Below, piece after piece: positions 49,732-62,899 of a DNA stretch of 64,000 nucleotides. This DNA is from Phoronis australis (lineage: Eukaryota > Animalia > Phoronida). How positions within the stretch are numbered: the stretch's first letter is position 1; every line of letters starts with the position of its first letter. Location: the NCBI GenBank assembly GCA_002633005.1, contig NMRA01000225.1, positions 303,297 to 367,296 of the forward strand, read 5' to 3'. The translations under genes and the position numbers were made by a program. Below the pieces are notes generated by a model that saw nothing but the letters and a program-made list of their open reading frames with translations, searched no databases and had not been told where the DNA came from.

Positions 49732-52700
49732 TATAACTGCTGGATTTTACTGGAAGAAGATCCTCAATTGTAAAGAAATGAGTTTCAATGAGACTTACGT
49801 CAATTTTTGTTATCTTATTTACAAAATCATGTATAGAACTTTGTTACATTATCATGTTATTTATCATATTGTAGGTTCTTTATTATGCTAAAAAGTTCTG
49901 CAGTATAGTGTCAGCGATATTATTGCTTTTATTGACCACTCTCCTTTCTGTCATTTCATAATCATGAAAAACATGTTTGTCTATAAAAAGTATATTTTAA
50001 AGTTAATTCACAATCTACATGTCATTTGTGATATCTAGTATCTGTAATAAATCAATTTGTTATAATTTATGTAGCATCACTGATGTGTAATACATAATTA
50101 TGGACCACTGATCATTGTTATTGTTTCTGATCTGATCCAGATGCCAATGTGGCCCCTATTGAGTATAAGAACAGCAACTTCACCATTACTTGCACACTAA
50201 GGGCTTGATTGTCCATGTACTGCAATACTGTATTCTGAATTGCATCACCTGCTCATCTGGATTAAGGTCCAGGTTTCTTAAATTGGAAAACTCAAAATTG
50301 AGGGTATGGGCGTCAAGCCAGACGTGGGCGTTTAAAAATGAAATTCTTGACAAGTTGGGGGTCCTGGTGGGTTTGCTTATGTGCGGAATGCCACCATCTG
50401 CAAAGAGTTAGTAGGATTTTTCCATTGGAATGGTGAGGTTGAAGTGACTGTTCATTACTCAAAGGTAAGCAAGTTGCTTGTTTGGGGAGATAAGAGCGTT
50501 CGCAAAGAGCACTGACTCAAACTTAAGTCTTGGTTGGAGAATTTAAAAGTAAACATTTGGAGCTTGGTGTTGAGCCGAACATGGGCGTTAACCCAGATGA
50601 GTACGGTATTTTACTGCCTTCATGGTGCCACATTTGCTGGGTGATGCAAATTGAGTCGGTTCCTCCTTAATCATAGGGCATATGCTTGCAATCAGGCCTT
50701 AACGCCTATATGTGAAACTACCGAACACTGAACACATTTCTGAAATATGTGAGAGAAACTTGGCCTGTATTACAAATTTGTAGAACTTATATTATTCACT
50801 AAAAATATTATGGGCAAGAATACAGCTTACACTTCGAAACCTTTGAGTGAAAACTGTTGAAAAGGTGCTTTATTTCGGATATAGGCGGATGGTCCCGTTA
50901 AGTACGCGGGCTTAGTCAGTAAACAATGGGCCCTAGTGCGGGTTTAAAAAATAAACTACCAATGCCTACAGCTTAGGGTACTAAATGCCAAGAGGTTCCC
51001 GGAGTCACACAGGAAGCCCTCCTTGGGCACAAAGTGTGGCGATCGGGATTTGTAAAATTTTTTTTGAATGTGGCCTTGGCTTTAAAGGGGCCGGGTGCCA
51101 AACCCGGGTTTGGATAATTAACAGGTACTAAAAGCTACTATCCCCTTCAGTTCTGAAGCAAAATAATGCTCTTTAACCCTTGGCAACCCTAAAAAATGGG
51201 GGAAATTTTGAAAACTCCTTAGTCTGCAAGATGGGCACGCGTGGCGTACGTTTTTAGCGAATTACAAGGTAACTGTGTGGAAAAGACCACTCACCAAGGA
51301 CAGTAATATCCAGTTTGTGACGTAGACAGGGAATGTGACATTTTAGTTCATTCCTATCACTTTCAAGATTGACGACAATGATGCATTAGCAGGTGACGCG
51401 GGAACGAGGATTTGTACATCAAAACGGTTTAAACTGTTAAAAAACGACCGGGAGATCGTGACGACTGCTTGGTGAGCTCTCAGTTATCAAACCGTTCCCA
51501 GTAAACCCGCGTTCTTTGGGAATCGAAGAAACGAACTTTTGCCCAACTTAGGCCTACCACTGTGAAATTGGTTTCAACTTGTTCTTTGCTAAGATGAGAA
51601 GTGACTTCTGTGTTTGAAGAGAACTGGTGGTTCGTTATCATTCCTTGATACCACAGTCAGCGCACTCAAGTGACAGGCCATGACAGCTAGCCCAATTTGA
51701 AGAGCACTTCAACAATCAAACGAACTGTCAGTTATGTCAAAGCCCTGAAATCACCTTGGCAATTTGACTCAGGAACACTGTCAAGTAGTCTAAATCAAAA
51801 GTTGATTTTTGAGATGGTTTGTCACTTCACAACAGTTGTTAATCTGAGGCACTGGCAAGTGCTGAAGCTCATAAATTCTTCTACTGTCTCGAAAAAAAGT
51901 TTTTAGTCCGCTTACAGTTGCGAAAGTCTTATCTCTCAAATCCTTTCCGCTTATAGTCAGATGTTGGACTTCACTGAGTTCGGCTAGAAAGGCTCTGGCT
52001 ACAAATGACTGCAGGTCTATGCACCTAGCTTGGTCCCAAACAACAGTAAACTGTCAGCTTGTAATTCTTTTTAAGCCCAGAGAACACTTCTAGTCTGAAC
52101 TTAAGAAACTAGTTGAGACCAGTTTATCGGATCAGTGCTCTTAGTGCTCAGAAGTTCACCGACGGAAAGGTTTTAAGTCGACAGTTTTTTTTTTGCTATA
52201 GCTGTATCTTTTAAAGACCAGAATATTTCTTAACAAAATCAAGAATTCAAGTAAATAAATGTTTTGGGATTGGTCTATTTAATGGCCAAAAGTACGCCGA
52301 ACCAGTGCTGCAAGGGCTTTCATAAAAGTAGGTACAACTTGGGGTAAAGTTAGCAAGTTCGTTCTCAGTGGACACAACTTTAAAATGAATTTGTAAATGT
52401 TATAGTGAGTCATGTCTCAGTGAAGAAAACATTTTTTTAGAAGTGAAGAATAGCTATCCTATTGGAGTATTACTACATCCTCATCTTTGATGGTACTCCG
52501 AATGTGTCCCGAGTCAGGTGAGGTTAGACGGATGACAAACTTCCATCGCCGGTCTCAGTGCCGATGGCCGGTGCCAGCGTCTTCAGGAGCAGACGATCTT
52601 CAACCTTACAGCAACCCTGCATCCACGGACTTGCTCAGCGTCTGGACAGGCAACAGTGGCAAGTTTCCAGCTACACGTCACTGCCGCAGCTGGCCCGCCA

Positions 52701-54022
52701 GGGAGGGATGTTGCATTCATAAAGGCTTATAGTTGCCACACCGTCGTAGCGCCAGGCTGACGGCCGCCAGGATCTCCAATCCTGCAACCCTGCCACCGCT
52801 GGCCTGCGTCCAAGCTGCAGCGTCTGAACGTACTGCATGACAGTCAAGCACGGCCGGTAGTCGGCAAAAATGACGGCGTGACTACCGACCGTCCCGCCAC
52901 GACTTCAGTAGTGGGCTGTCAACGGGCAACCCTGCCCAACAGCCTGCTCGGCAGTCCAGGGCGAAACTTCTTGCTTTGGTCATGAAAAGTTTCTGCTGGC
53001 ATTCTATGGACACGATAATGTTTTAATGAGCAGTTATTTACCAATCCGGAAGACACGTTGCCTACTGTCACCACCTGGGCAGTCAATGAAGCGGTCGGCA
53101 CAGTTCATCAGATCCTGGAGCCAAGTAAGCTCCACAAAAAGTCCGAAATTAAAGTTTTTGAAGGAAAAAAGCACAGGAAGCGATTGCAAATTTTACTAAG
53201 TGAATGGAAACAATCGCCTGTTTAGAGGCAAATGAAAAAGAAGAAAAAAATTGCCACAACGGTTTCACCTCTCCCCGATCGAACGCCACAGACTCACTGC
53301 ATGTGACTGGCTCCAGTGAGCTCGCAAACAAATAAAAGGGGTAGTATGTAAGTAATTGTAGCACCTGTGTATGTTTTAATAAAGTTTGGGATTTTTTTAA
53401 TAACAATTGAATTCCAATACTGATAACTCGGTGGCTAGTGGCCCGCGGCCTCCGTAGCCGTTCCAAGACAATCTAATAACGAAACTTCTGGAATTTTAGC
53501 CTCCGAAAGTGTCTGAACCCTGAAGGCATTTCACAGGCTAAATATCCAATTTAATAAAAAGTCTAAAAAATTGCCGAAATTAAGAGACACACGGTTTTTC
53601 TCAGCTGATAAGCTTTTTTCTAGAGTCTACATTTTTAACTATTGATTCATATTTTCTTAATTAGCATATTTCATTATTATGGTATTTCGGACATGGACAA
53701 CTTGAAGTTATGTTCTACAAAGAACCTGGGATATAACAGACTACTTTGTGTGAGCGAGATGTAGGCGAAGTTTCAGAAATTTACAGTAGCGGCCTCGATC
53801 ATGCGCACGACCTTTGTATTTACTTCCGGATCATCACCATATGAAAGCACAGGTCGCCACTCAAGTGTAACGTCTGGTGTAATCAGAGGGGCTTTAGCCT
53901 ACCTGTTTACTTGCAATACTTGTCGAAGTTATACGTTTTAACTCTACACGATGTTATTATTTGTGGACGAATGTGTCCGTCCGTTTGAAATTGTCTGAAG
54001 GGATACTGAAAAGTTCAGAACC

Positions 54023-54139
54023 ATGGTGGATGAACGGAACGAAGTCGGCGCGCTCGAAATCAGCCTGAAAGGTGGCAAACCCTGGGGGTTTAGCATTCAA
54101 GGAGGGCTCGAAGCTCGATCTCCTCTCTCTGTGTCTCGC
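54023..54139 (+). CDS. first coding exon of a Shroom-like PDZ-domain protein (gene continues beyond the window)
   Basis: accATGg Kozak context; MVDERNEVGALEISLKGGKPWGFSIQGGLEARSPLSVSR|gtaagt, 39 codons, phase 0. Matches the recalled Shroom PDZ start L.[21 protein letters not shown]. PDLIM/SYNPO2 families are less likely alternatives. Absent from the ORF track. Confidence 0.78.
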
Positions 54140-55183
54140 GTAAGTTTTCTGAATCTTTCAAAAGCTTTATAAAATTTAACTCTTCACATAATCCCACACT
54201 CTCACTCAGTTTTAACACAATATCGACAAATGGAAGTTATTTCCGTCTTCGAGAAACTTTCGGCGAAATGATCACTGGCGTCCTCAGCTTCGAAATGATC
54301 AGATCAGGTGATCACAAGCCATTGGAACTTAACAGCTTAAGTTTGCATTACTGAAGAATTCTTCTGCATCAGCTGTTCACTTAAAAAGTGACAAACATGG
54401 GTCCTCCTAGTCATTTGTGCCTCACCTTTCTTGGTATGCCCTAGTTTCACTGGTCCCTCACTGGCCGGGTATAGCGGTCCCCGATTTAGAGAACCAGTTT
54501 CATCCACTAAGTAACGGGCCCATTATTCAGTGATTGCCTGATTTTCTAATTCAAGGACCACTACATCCGACCAGTGCCGTCCATCTTCAAGTGATCGTTA
54601 TTTAGTGACCTCCCCATAGTGAATCCATTGACAACAGAAAATTTTAACATGACTGAAATTACAAAATTCATGTACATGTTCCATAGTCCATGTCCACACT
54701 GTGAAGAGTTTGTGTTTTAAGTCTTGGAATAATGCATTGAACTGTTATCAAAAGGCCAAAATGTCGTAATCTCCCAAAACTTCAAACTCGTATCAGTTTT
54801 CAAACTCGACGCAAGGAAGCCAAACTCGTTGTGGCAAAATTCAAACTCGAGGCAGTGACGAGTCAAAACGGATTGTGGAGAACACTGATAGCATCCACCG
54901 TGGGTTACACTTACCTGCACGGTGCACTATTCATGATTCAAATCGATGTGTAGTTTGCAAGTATCGGTTTTACAAAGACTTTTTTGCTTCTGAGGCCAGT
55001 ACACGTAAAGTTTATTTTGTAACTGTTCAAGTTAATTTTGATGCCCTTTTCTGCAATGACTGTTTTACATTTATTACTAACAAATGAATAGTGTCAAACA
55101 AACTCTTGGCAAGTGGCAGTAAAGCAATAGTCTTTTCAGTTACAAAACTGCCCATTCTCCACCTTATTGTAAAGAACCTCAAC

Positions 55184-55329
55184 CAGTGCTGTAGTGGGGT
55201 GTAGGCACAGCTAACCACCTTTTGGCATTTGAACGTAGCGCCTGCACACCGTAAGTTACGCTCAGTGCTCAAGGTGATACAGTGGGCTTTGGGCGCCTAC
55301 TTACCTCTGATTTTACCACTACAGCACTG
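55184..55329. mobile_element. hAT-type MITE, 146 bp
   Basis: Perfect 14-bp TIRs CAGTGCTGTAGTGG / CCACTACAGCACTG; 8-bp TSD ACCTCAAC / ACTTCAAC (7/8). Confidence 0.82.
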
Positions 55330-58300
55330 ACTTCAACATAAGTATTGAAGTTTTCTAGAAAGGCTGAAAACATGTTTTATATAGTGCTCACATGAAATCC
55401 AATTGTTGTCTTTGGAAGCACTAGAAGCCCATTCAGTAGCATCAATGAAAACTGTTTGAATGTTCTTTTGTTATCAAAGCGTTTAGTCGCTTAAAATAGC
55501 AAGCATAATCAAATTATTACCTCTCTGCAGTTTATGTCTGTAACCCTCAAAGCATGGAGTACTGTAATATTACAGTAGGCGGTATTATTCTGTGGTGTTC
55601 CTTGGTTTTGTACTGAAAATCTCACCACTAGCTCTTACAAAATATGACAGATTAATAAAGTACTTTTCATATCAAAAAAGAAAACAAAAAATATTGGCAA
55701 TTGGCGTATTAAAAAATGAAAGCAGGTCAATTCTTGGAAGTTCTTTTTGTTTAAAGTTGGTAGTATGTTACCATAAGTTGTATGGTATTGTTGTTCTGGA
55801 TATATGTATATGTGTAGAACTAACATGGCTTATTTTTCTATCTGTTCCCATTGTTTTGATTCACTTTCGTGTTCCTGAACAATTATTGATTATCTGCCAA
55901 TATTAAGGTTCAGGGGAAAATCGCAACACACAAGTTCGTCAAACAAACATCTATAGTGCCTATTAACCTACACTACGCAGTGGTATCTACGTATAGTAAA
56001 ATCTCACCAGCATAAGACACGATATGAGGGACAACTGAAATTTTACTTTCTCATTTTTTCATGAAAGATATGACATTTTAGCCAGTGTGTGCACGGGTAT
56101 TAAACGCCGTGAACCTAGGGTTCCGTAACAAGTTCACTAAACTTCTTTTGCCACCAGTCAAAAGCGATATTGCATGTGGACATCCTTGGCTCACAACTAA
56201 CATAATTATTACATTGAGACACACATGTATTTTATTGGGGAGACATGTTTTGTTTTAACTTTGTGTTTTTCATAGGAATAAGTCTCGTTCTAAAACTAAC
56301 GCAAATTCACACGTCTCTCTAAAACATTGTTTCCAGAAAATGCTGTGGCGTGTAAGTGGGTGTTACACCATCTAAAACTTGTTTTGTGTCTTTGGTTGAA
56401 ATTGCAGATTTTGAACCTCCAATGTGATGTCTTGCTTTAATTATTTACTTTTCTGTATCTATGTTCAGATTTCATCTTGCTTTGCTTGTTGTTAAAGTGA
56501 CTGTAAATTCGCATTCTATCAAAAAGGCAAAATTTTGATTTAGACCTCGACTCGTTCCTGAGGCTTTGCAAGGAGCTGATTGGTCATTATTCCTTGAGAT
56601 TGTGTTTGATGCATAACATAACACACGGTGATAAGTCGATTTGTAAAGCCAGATCATGAGAAATAATGAACTGTCAGTTCTTTTGAAGTTCTAAAGTCAC
56701 CTCAGATTTGACCAAGGAATGACTTGAGACCATTTTCTCAGTGGCAAGAGGTCCATGAAAAGTTGTTTTTTTGTGATGAAACAAAGTGGAGTTTACAGCT
56801 GGTGTAACACCCCTTCCTCGTTTTTGTCTGTTTTTAAATTAAAACACCCTGGTTGTTAATGTCAGTGCACAAGAAATCCTATTCTGAAACAGTTACCAGT
56901 TTGTATATGAGGACATCCTGCAGCTGTTGTATACTCTAACAACAGGCACTATTGACAGTCAGTACAATGTCTTCTGGTTGTATATAAACACAGGTATGTC
57001 AATGTCACCACCTGGGCCACTCTATGAAAGGTTGTCATGGATGCCATCAACTATTTTCAAAAGGGGATGCCTACATGGGCATTTGCCAAGCACTGTCTGC
57101 TTGTAACTCAAGTAATGCTTAGTCCAATTCATCCATTTCTATCATGCTAATTTCTACACCTTCCATTGAAATTCAGTGTGAAACTTTATCCCTCTGTTAT
57201 ATAAACATACATTTTTATGCTGTGAAAATGGTATTTTCTTAATTTTAATGTCTTGTAAAGATGGGGTAGAAGATTGAGAAGCATCATCCTACCACTCAAT
57301 GAGGTGTGACGTTACACACCTCATCAGTGGTCTATTATGCTGATGGCTATCATCACTCATCCAGTGACAAAATATGGTACGGAAATTTATAATTTAACAG
57401 TAACACTGGAAGAGATCGACTGAAATTCAGCCTATCATACATGTGGTACCAGGTATTGGTTTAAATTTCCAGTTTGCCTCAAGAGTGTAGTGAACACCAC
57501 CAGGTGTCTCTGAACCTTAAAGATATGCTTGCATGCTCCTAACTATGCTAATGTATAGTATGAACTAGACGATAAATGGAATCTTAACATAATTTACGCG
57601 AAACAAAGTGCTATTGTATTAATTGAGAACTGTGAAAACAAGCAATTTTGCCATATAGGTGACCTTTGCACTAATGACATACTTTGCGGGCTCACATAGC
57701 GCCAATCATGCAGTGTTATTCCCCAGCACCACATCAAGATACTTCCTGGACACGGTTCAGTGACTTGAGGCAGATCATTTTGGCTACAAAACTCATGCTT
57801 AAAAAGATTTACAATTTTCAACCCACTTCATACTCACATCGTCACTATATGTTGTGTTTCTAACTAATTTGTCCAAGCAATCACAGAGATAAGGAATTAA
57901 GGTACAAGTTCCTCTTTAAAAAGTTTGGTGGTGAGGTTAAGAAATGTTGCTTTCAATTATCAAGTAAATCTAGGAAGGAATCATAAATTTTCCATGTCAG
58001 GTTAAAGGTCGTTGATCATCTGTTTCAGTTTGGTTGTTGTATGTATATCAGCCACTCTGGATGAATAGATTAAATATATCTAAACTATTTTTTGGGATAT
58101 GTTCTGCAGGTGAAGTGATTTTTTAAATAATGGTGAGGAATTTGTGATGTTTTGTTTGAATTCCAACGGCCAAGTGAATGGTACTGTTGATGTGGTGTTA
58201 GAAATACCCGAGCTATTTTTGAATAGGCCGTGGGAAAACTTTTAATAGGTGTAACAGATTGCTCAAATTTGCCATTAATTCAACACATTAGAGTTTAGAA

Positions 58301-61300
58301 GTGTTGAGTGACCATTGTTGGGAAGTGGTTGTGTTGCATATTGTTTTGTCTGGACTATGGGTCCATTGAATACAACATAATTCACACATTTTAAATCTCC
58401 TTTTTGTTTGTGACAACACGATTTGCGATCTGCGGTTTCCGCAGCCCATGTAATTACAACATCATTTCTGCTTAAATGTCATCTCTGAGAATTCAAGCTG
58501 GTTTGTGCTTTTGTCGTACGGTATTTTGAGCATTTATGTCGCTTCTGATATGCACCTTTGTCATGGATAGAGTAATTTGCCGCGTTGTTAGACCGCTTTT
58601 CGTTTTTCTCAAGCAGTTGCAATTAGCGTAAAAGCTTAATCCCCAAGGCTAAACTGTCTGCAATTGAAAATCAGAGCATTTGAAATTGGAAGCATAATGT
58701 TGCTTCGCACATAATCGCATCTTTCTGAGTTAAGTCATCTACTGGCTGTGAAATTACTGCCATGGTATTCCTCAAAATAAAGGCATGAGTACAAATCAAC
58801 ATGCAATGGGGAAGTCAATGGGAAAGATATGGTAAGGCCAAAGAAAGTAGCATGATTGTTTCTGTACTACGCCCGCCCGACTCATTTTGAAACCTGTGCC
58901 TCACTGTTTACAAAAAGAAAGCTTGTCCACGTCACTTTTACCAAAGTTCTTTTTCAAAGCTACAGAAATTTAAGGCTCTTTTTTAAAAATGGATTGAGCT
59001 GTGACAATCTCTTCTGTTGTGACCAGCTTATGTAATTTTTTTGAAATATGCACTATTAAAACAAAATACTATATTGCTGCATCAGTACAGTTCGATTTTT
59101 GGCCTAGTGAGAGTTTCAAGGTGACCAGAGTTTCCATACTGGGTAATATTGTTATACTCACTGTAAAACGTCCTTTCTCACAATAAACCAAACTGTCACT
59201 CACATGTCTCTCCAATATACATGGTCAATCAGGCTTGAAATAGTTCACTGCTGTGTGGATATTTAATACTCAGTTTGTTTACCTGGCTTGTCCAATGCTA
59301 ACTTTGGTATCTTGACTGGTGGGCCCAGACTGCATTGGGGGGGATGGGAATGAATGCTGAATAGAAAACATTCGACATTGAATTCTTTTTTAGCGTCGTG
59401 AGAGCACACAAGCAGCTTCTGATTGACCTAATTTTAAATTTTGCTAGACAGGCAAAGTTTTTTGAGATTCGTTTCCTTCAATTGTTCCTTTAATTCCAAG
59501 GTTTTGCCTAAAGAAGATACCCATAATCTCTGCATGATGAATAGAGATGGCAAAATTGTATCCCCTGCCGGTACTCATGACCAATTTCAAAGTGCTCTGA
59601 AATGAAATTGTGCTGGATCATGGAAAGACAAGATCCCGTATTGAAGAAACAAATCCAAAATCATTTCCAAAACTGAAAGAATTGGGTATGTTATACAAAA
59701 GCTTCCAGGACACAGAATCAAACACCTCAAAATCTATGATCACTAATAGTCCAGGAATATTTTCTTCTTCCTATTTTGAAAATATCTGATTACATGTTGA
59801 AAGAGTATTATTTGGCAATAAGTGTACACTAGATTGGAGATTGCTAGGCAGAGTCAAATTCTATTCGTGAAGTTTTTGCCTGAAGAGAAATGGAAAGAAT
59901 TTCTTGAAAAATAGCTGTCTGAGCTATAACTGGGCACAAAATACTCTGTGGCCGTATAATGACAACAAATTTCAACAGGTTGCTGCTATTTCTGAAATTG
60001 ATTAATTAAAAAAGGTAAAAAATGATAAACATGTTTAACGCCGCCGGTGTTTAGATATTTGCACAGGGAGGCACTTATTTTGACATCGACAGGAGTGGTG
60101 TCATAGATCTTTACAACTAAGTCTCTGATATGGGCCTGCCTGCACATTACAAACTTGGGACATTCCCCTCAGTGGGACATTATCGTTATGCAGTATCTTA
60201 TCAACAATTCTGTTTATTTAGCCAAATACCATATCTACAAAACCATAAAAAGTCTGTGAAGTTCTATTTTTGTTTTTTACTAATCTGTTATTAATTGGAT
60301 CAAACGACCATGTCTTTTTAAATCTACTAAATAGAAAATATTCTGATAACGAAACAACGTTATCAATTACAAATTTCATTTCACATAAATGTTCAGGATG
60401 AAATCTTAATAACGTTCTTGTAGTTTTCTTAATTATAATTTTGTTTTGGTTTTATGCAACTTTGGATTTTTTCGGGAACTTCCCACTTTTTATAGCCTCA
60501 TGCAAAACGGGAACATCTTGAACACAATTCCTAGCAGCTTTCTAAAGAACACTGCTTAAAGCATAGTATCTAAAAATTTCACCTGAATTCGAGCATCTAA
60601 GCTTGGAGACCGTACTAAGGGTGCCGTTTGAAATAATATCGTTTCAGTGTATTTTCAAAGCGATAAAAGCGTGCTTTCAAATGTGGAAACTAAATAATTT
60701 CAAGTCGCGCTTGCTGTTACATTCAAATTGGTGACATCGTAGCCTATTACTATTTCAGGGGCTTCTTCGTGAAGTCGTGTTGTTACCAACAAAACAGTCA
60801 TGGATTTAATCCTATGTCACATGAAGTTTATTTCTAAAGAATCCGTCTTCTGTTGCAAGTTTGAGAACCTTGTGGGCATATTTTATCTGTTCAAAAGTTA
60901 AAGATAGGCTTGACACGGTCTCGGGATGCTGTTTGAAAGAGCTATTTTTGCCCCAAAAGGGGTATGTAGATCTTCACCGTAGGTCAGAGAGCAATGCTGA
61001 CTTTTTGATTGGCTAACTATGATGTGACCCATTAGCTGAGAAATCTGTGCAGAGTGCAATGCCGTCATTCTGTACTCTCTGCGAATAAGTTTGCTTTCTG
61101 AAAATGCTTCTTTTTGACGGGAATAGAAATTTATGAATTAAACAATGACTTAAAAGAAATATATGTAGCTCATTTTAGGTGAGTGTGGAGACGATAAATG
61201 CGTTTGTTTTTACCTGACCTAAAAACACAAGTAGTGCCATTTGAAAACTTTTGAAAAGTTCTCCTGTCTGGGCCACAAATCGGAGGAATTTTAAAGCTGC

Positions 61301-62576
61301 TATGTACCCTTCTTTTACCACAAAGACTCAGTTTTGATTTAGACTGCCTACTGTTTTGTCACTGGTACCAATGTGTTCCTTATTCAGGTTTGAAGTGGTT
61401 TCTACGCTTGGGGAGAATTGACCTAACGCCAGGATTTTGAGTGACAGCTTAACTGACCGTTTAGAACTCATCATTCTTGACACACCTTAGTTTCCAAGCC
61501 GCCATTTTACCCGACAAACAACACGTTGCCGGGTAAAACTTATTGTTTGTTAGTCGACATTATGCAAGGGGGCGGAGCTTGCGATAGGTCACTTGACAGT
61601 TCACCAGTGCTTGTGCTTCTGCTCAGTGCATACGATGAGGTGAACTGCGCTGTCAAGCCAACTGGTCTGATCTTGAACCATGATGAACCTAAAAGCCACT
61701 TCAATTTTGAGTGTAGGAATAATTTGAGACTTGTTATATAACTATAAGTGGTCTAAATCAAAATTTAGTTTTTTGCAGAAAGCGGGTTCATAGTAGCTTT
61801 GTTGTAAAATCACATAATTTGGACATAACTTGGCTGACAAGTGAAATTTATGTTTGCATTTTTCCATAAAAAATTAGTTTCACAAATTAAGTGCTTTACC
61901 ATTTTTGTGTTCTTTACCATGGATACACTCAAACAATTCTGAACATTCTCAACAATATTTGAAGCCTTGGAAAATTGAAAAAATATCAATTTCGGTAGGC
62001 ATTTTTGTCCAAAATTGGGTTGAGATTTTATGATAATGTGGCCAGTGTAACGACCTCATTTTCGGTCATTACGGGACCAGGTGGTGTTCACTGATTGCTT
62101 CTAGTTAGATTCGTCAATCTGAACTTGATGTAACACATGGCATTTCAAACTACTGTAATTTTAGATGGAACTCATTGGTTTGTCTCCTGTGACATGGCAA
62201 GAGTTGTTGCTATTTTATCTTTATGTTCAGTTTCTGCACAATGAACTTGTTGTGCGAAATATTTCCTCTGTGATTTCACCTATCTTTGTTAGCAGGGTTT
62301 AAGCAGGGATACAGAGGGTACAGGGTCCCCAAACCCCCTAGCTGGCTACTTTTGATTTATGCTGCAGAAGAATAGAGTATGTCTGCCCATTACTACATTC
62401 AACAAGTTTACTGTGATCCTTTTTCAATGCCAAGGGTTTGCTATCTACTGCCAGAATTAGACTTGATTGAAGAATATAAATCGGTAAATAAAACAACAAG
62501 AATGGATCAACTGAAATTTGAAATTTTCGGATGTAATATCTTCCTTTATCAACAAAAACAGAAATAAATAAAAATA

Positions 62577-62899
62577 CAAGGCTGTTATTTTTTAAAATCC
62601 GTTGTTTTAGTGTTTGTAGGAAATTGTTCAATCAAGTACACCACATCAAAGTAATCTTTCACCCTTTTCATTAAAAATTTGTCCCAAAAGCTTAGATACT
62701 TGAAGTTGGTTCTTAAATTTCTTAAATGACTTAAAGTCAAACACTAAAACAACGGATTTTAAAAAATAACAGCCTTGTTTTTTTCGTGTCCTCATTTTTG
62801 GTGGATATCAGTGCAGATTTAAGAACCAACTTCAAGTATCTAAGCTTTTGGGACAAATTTTTAATGAAAAGCATGAAAGATTACTTTGATGTGGTGTAC
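62577..62899. repeat. two interleaved long inverted repeats (A-B-A'-B')
   Basis: A 62577-62616 / A' 62738-62777 (40/40); B 62636-62718 / B' 62817-62899 (81/83). Confidence 0.9.
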
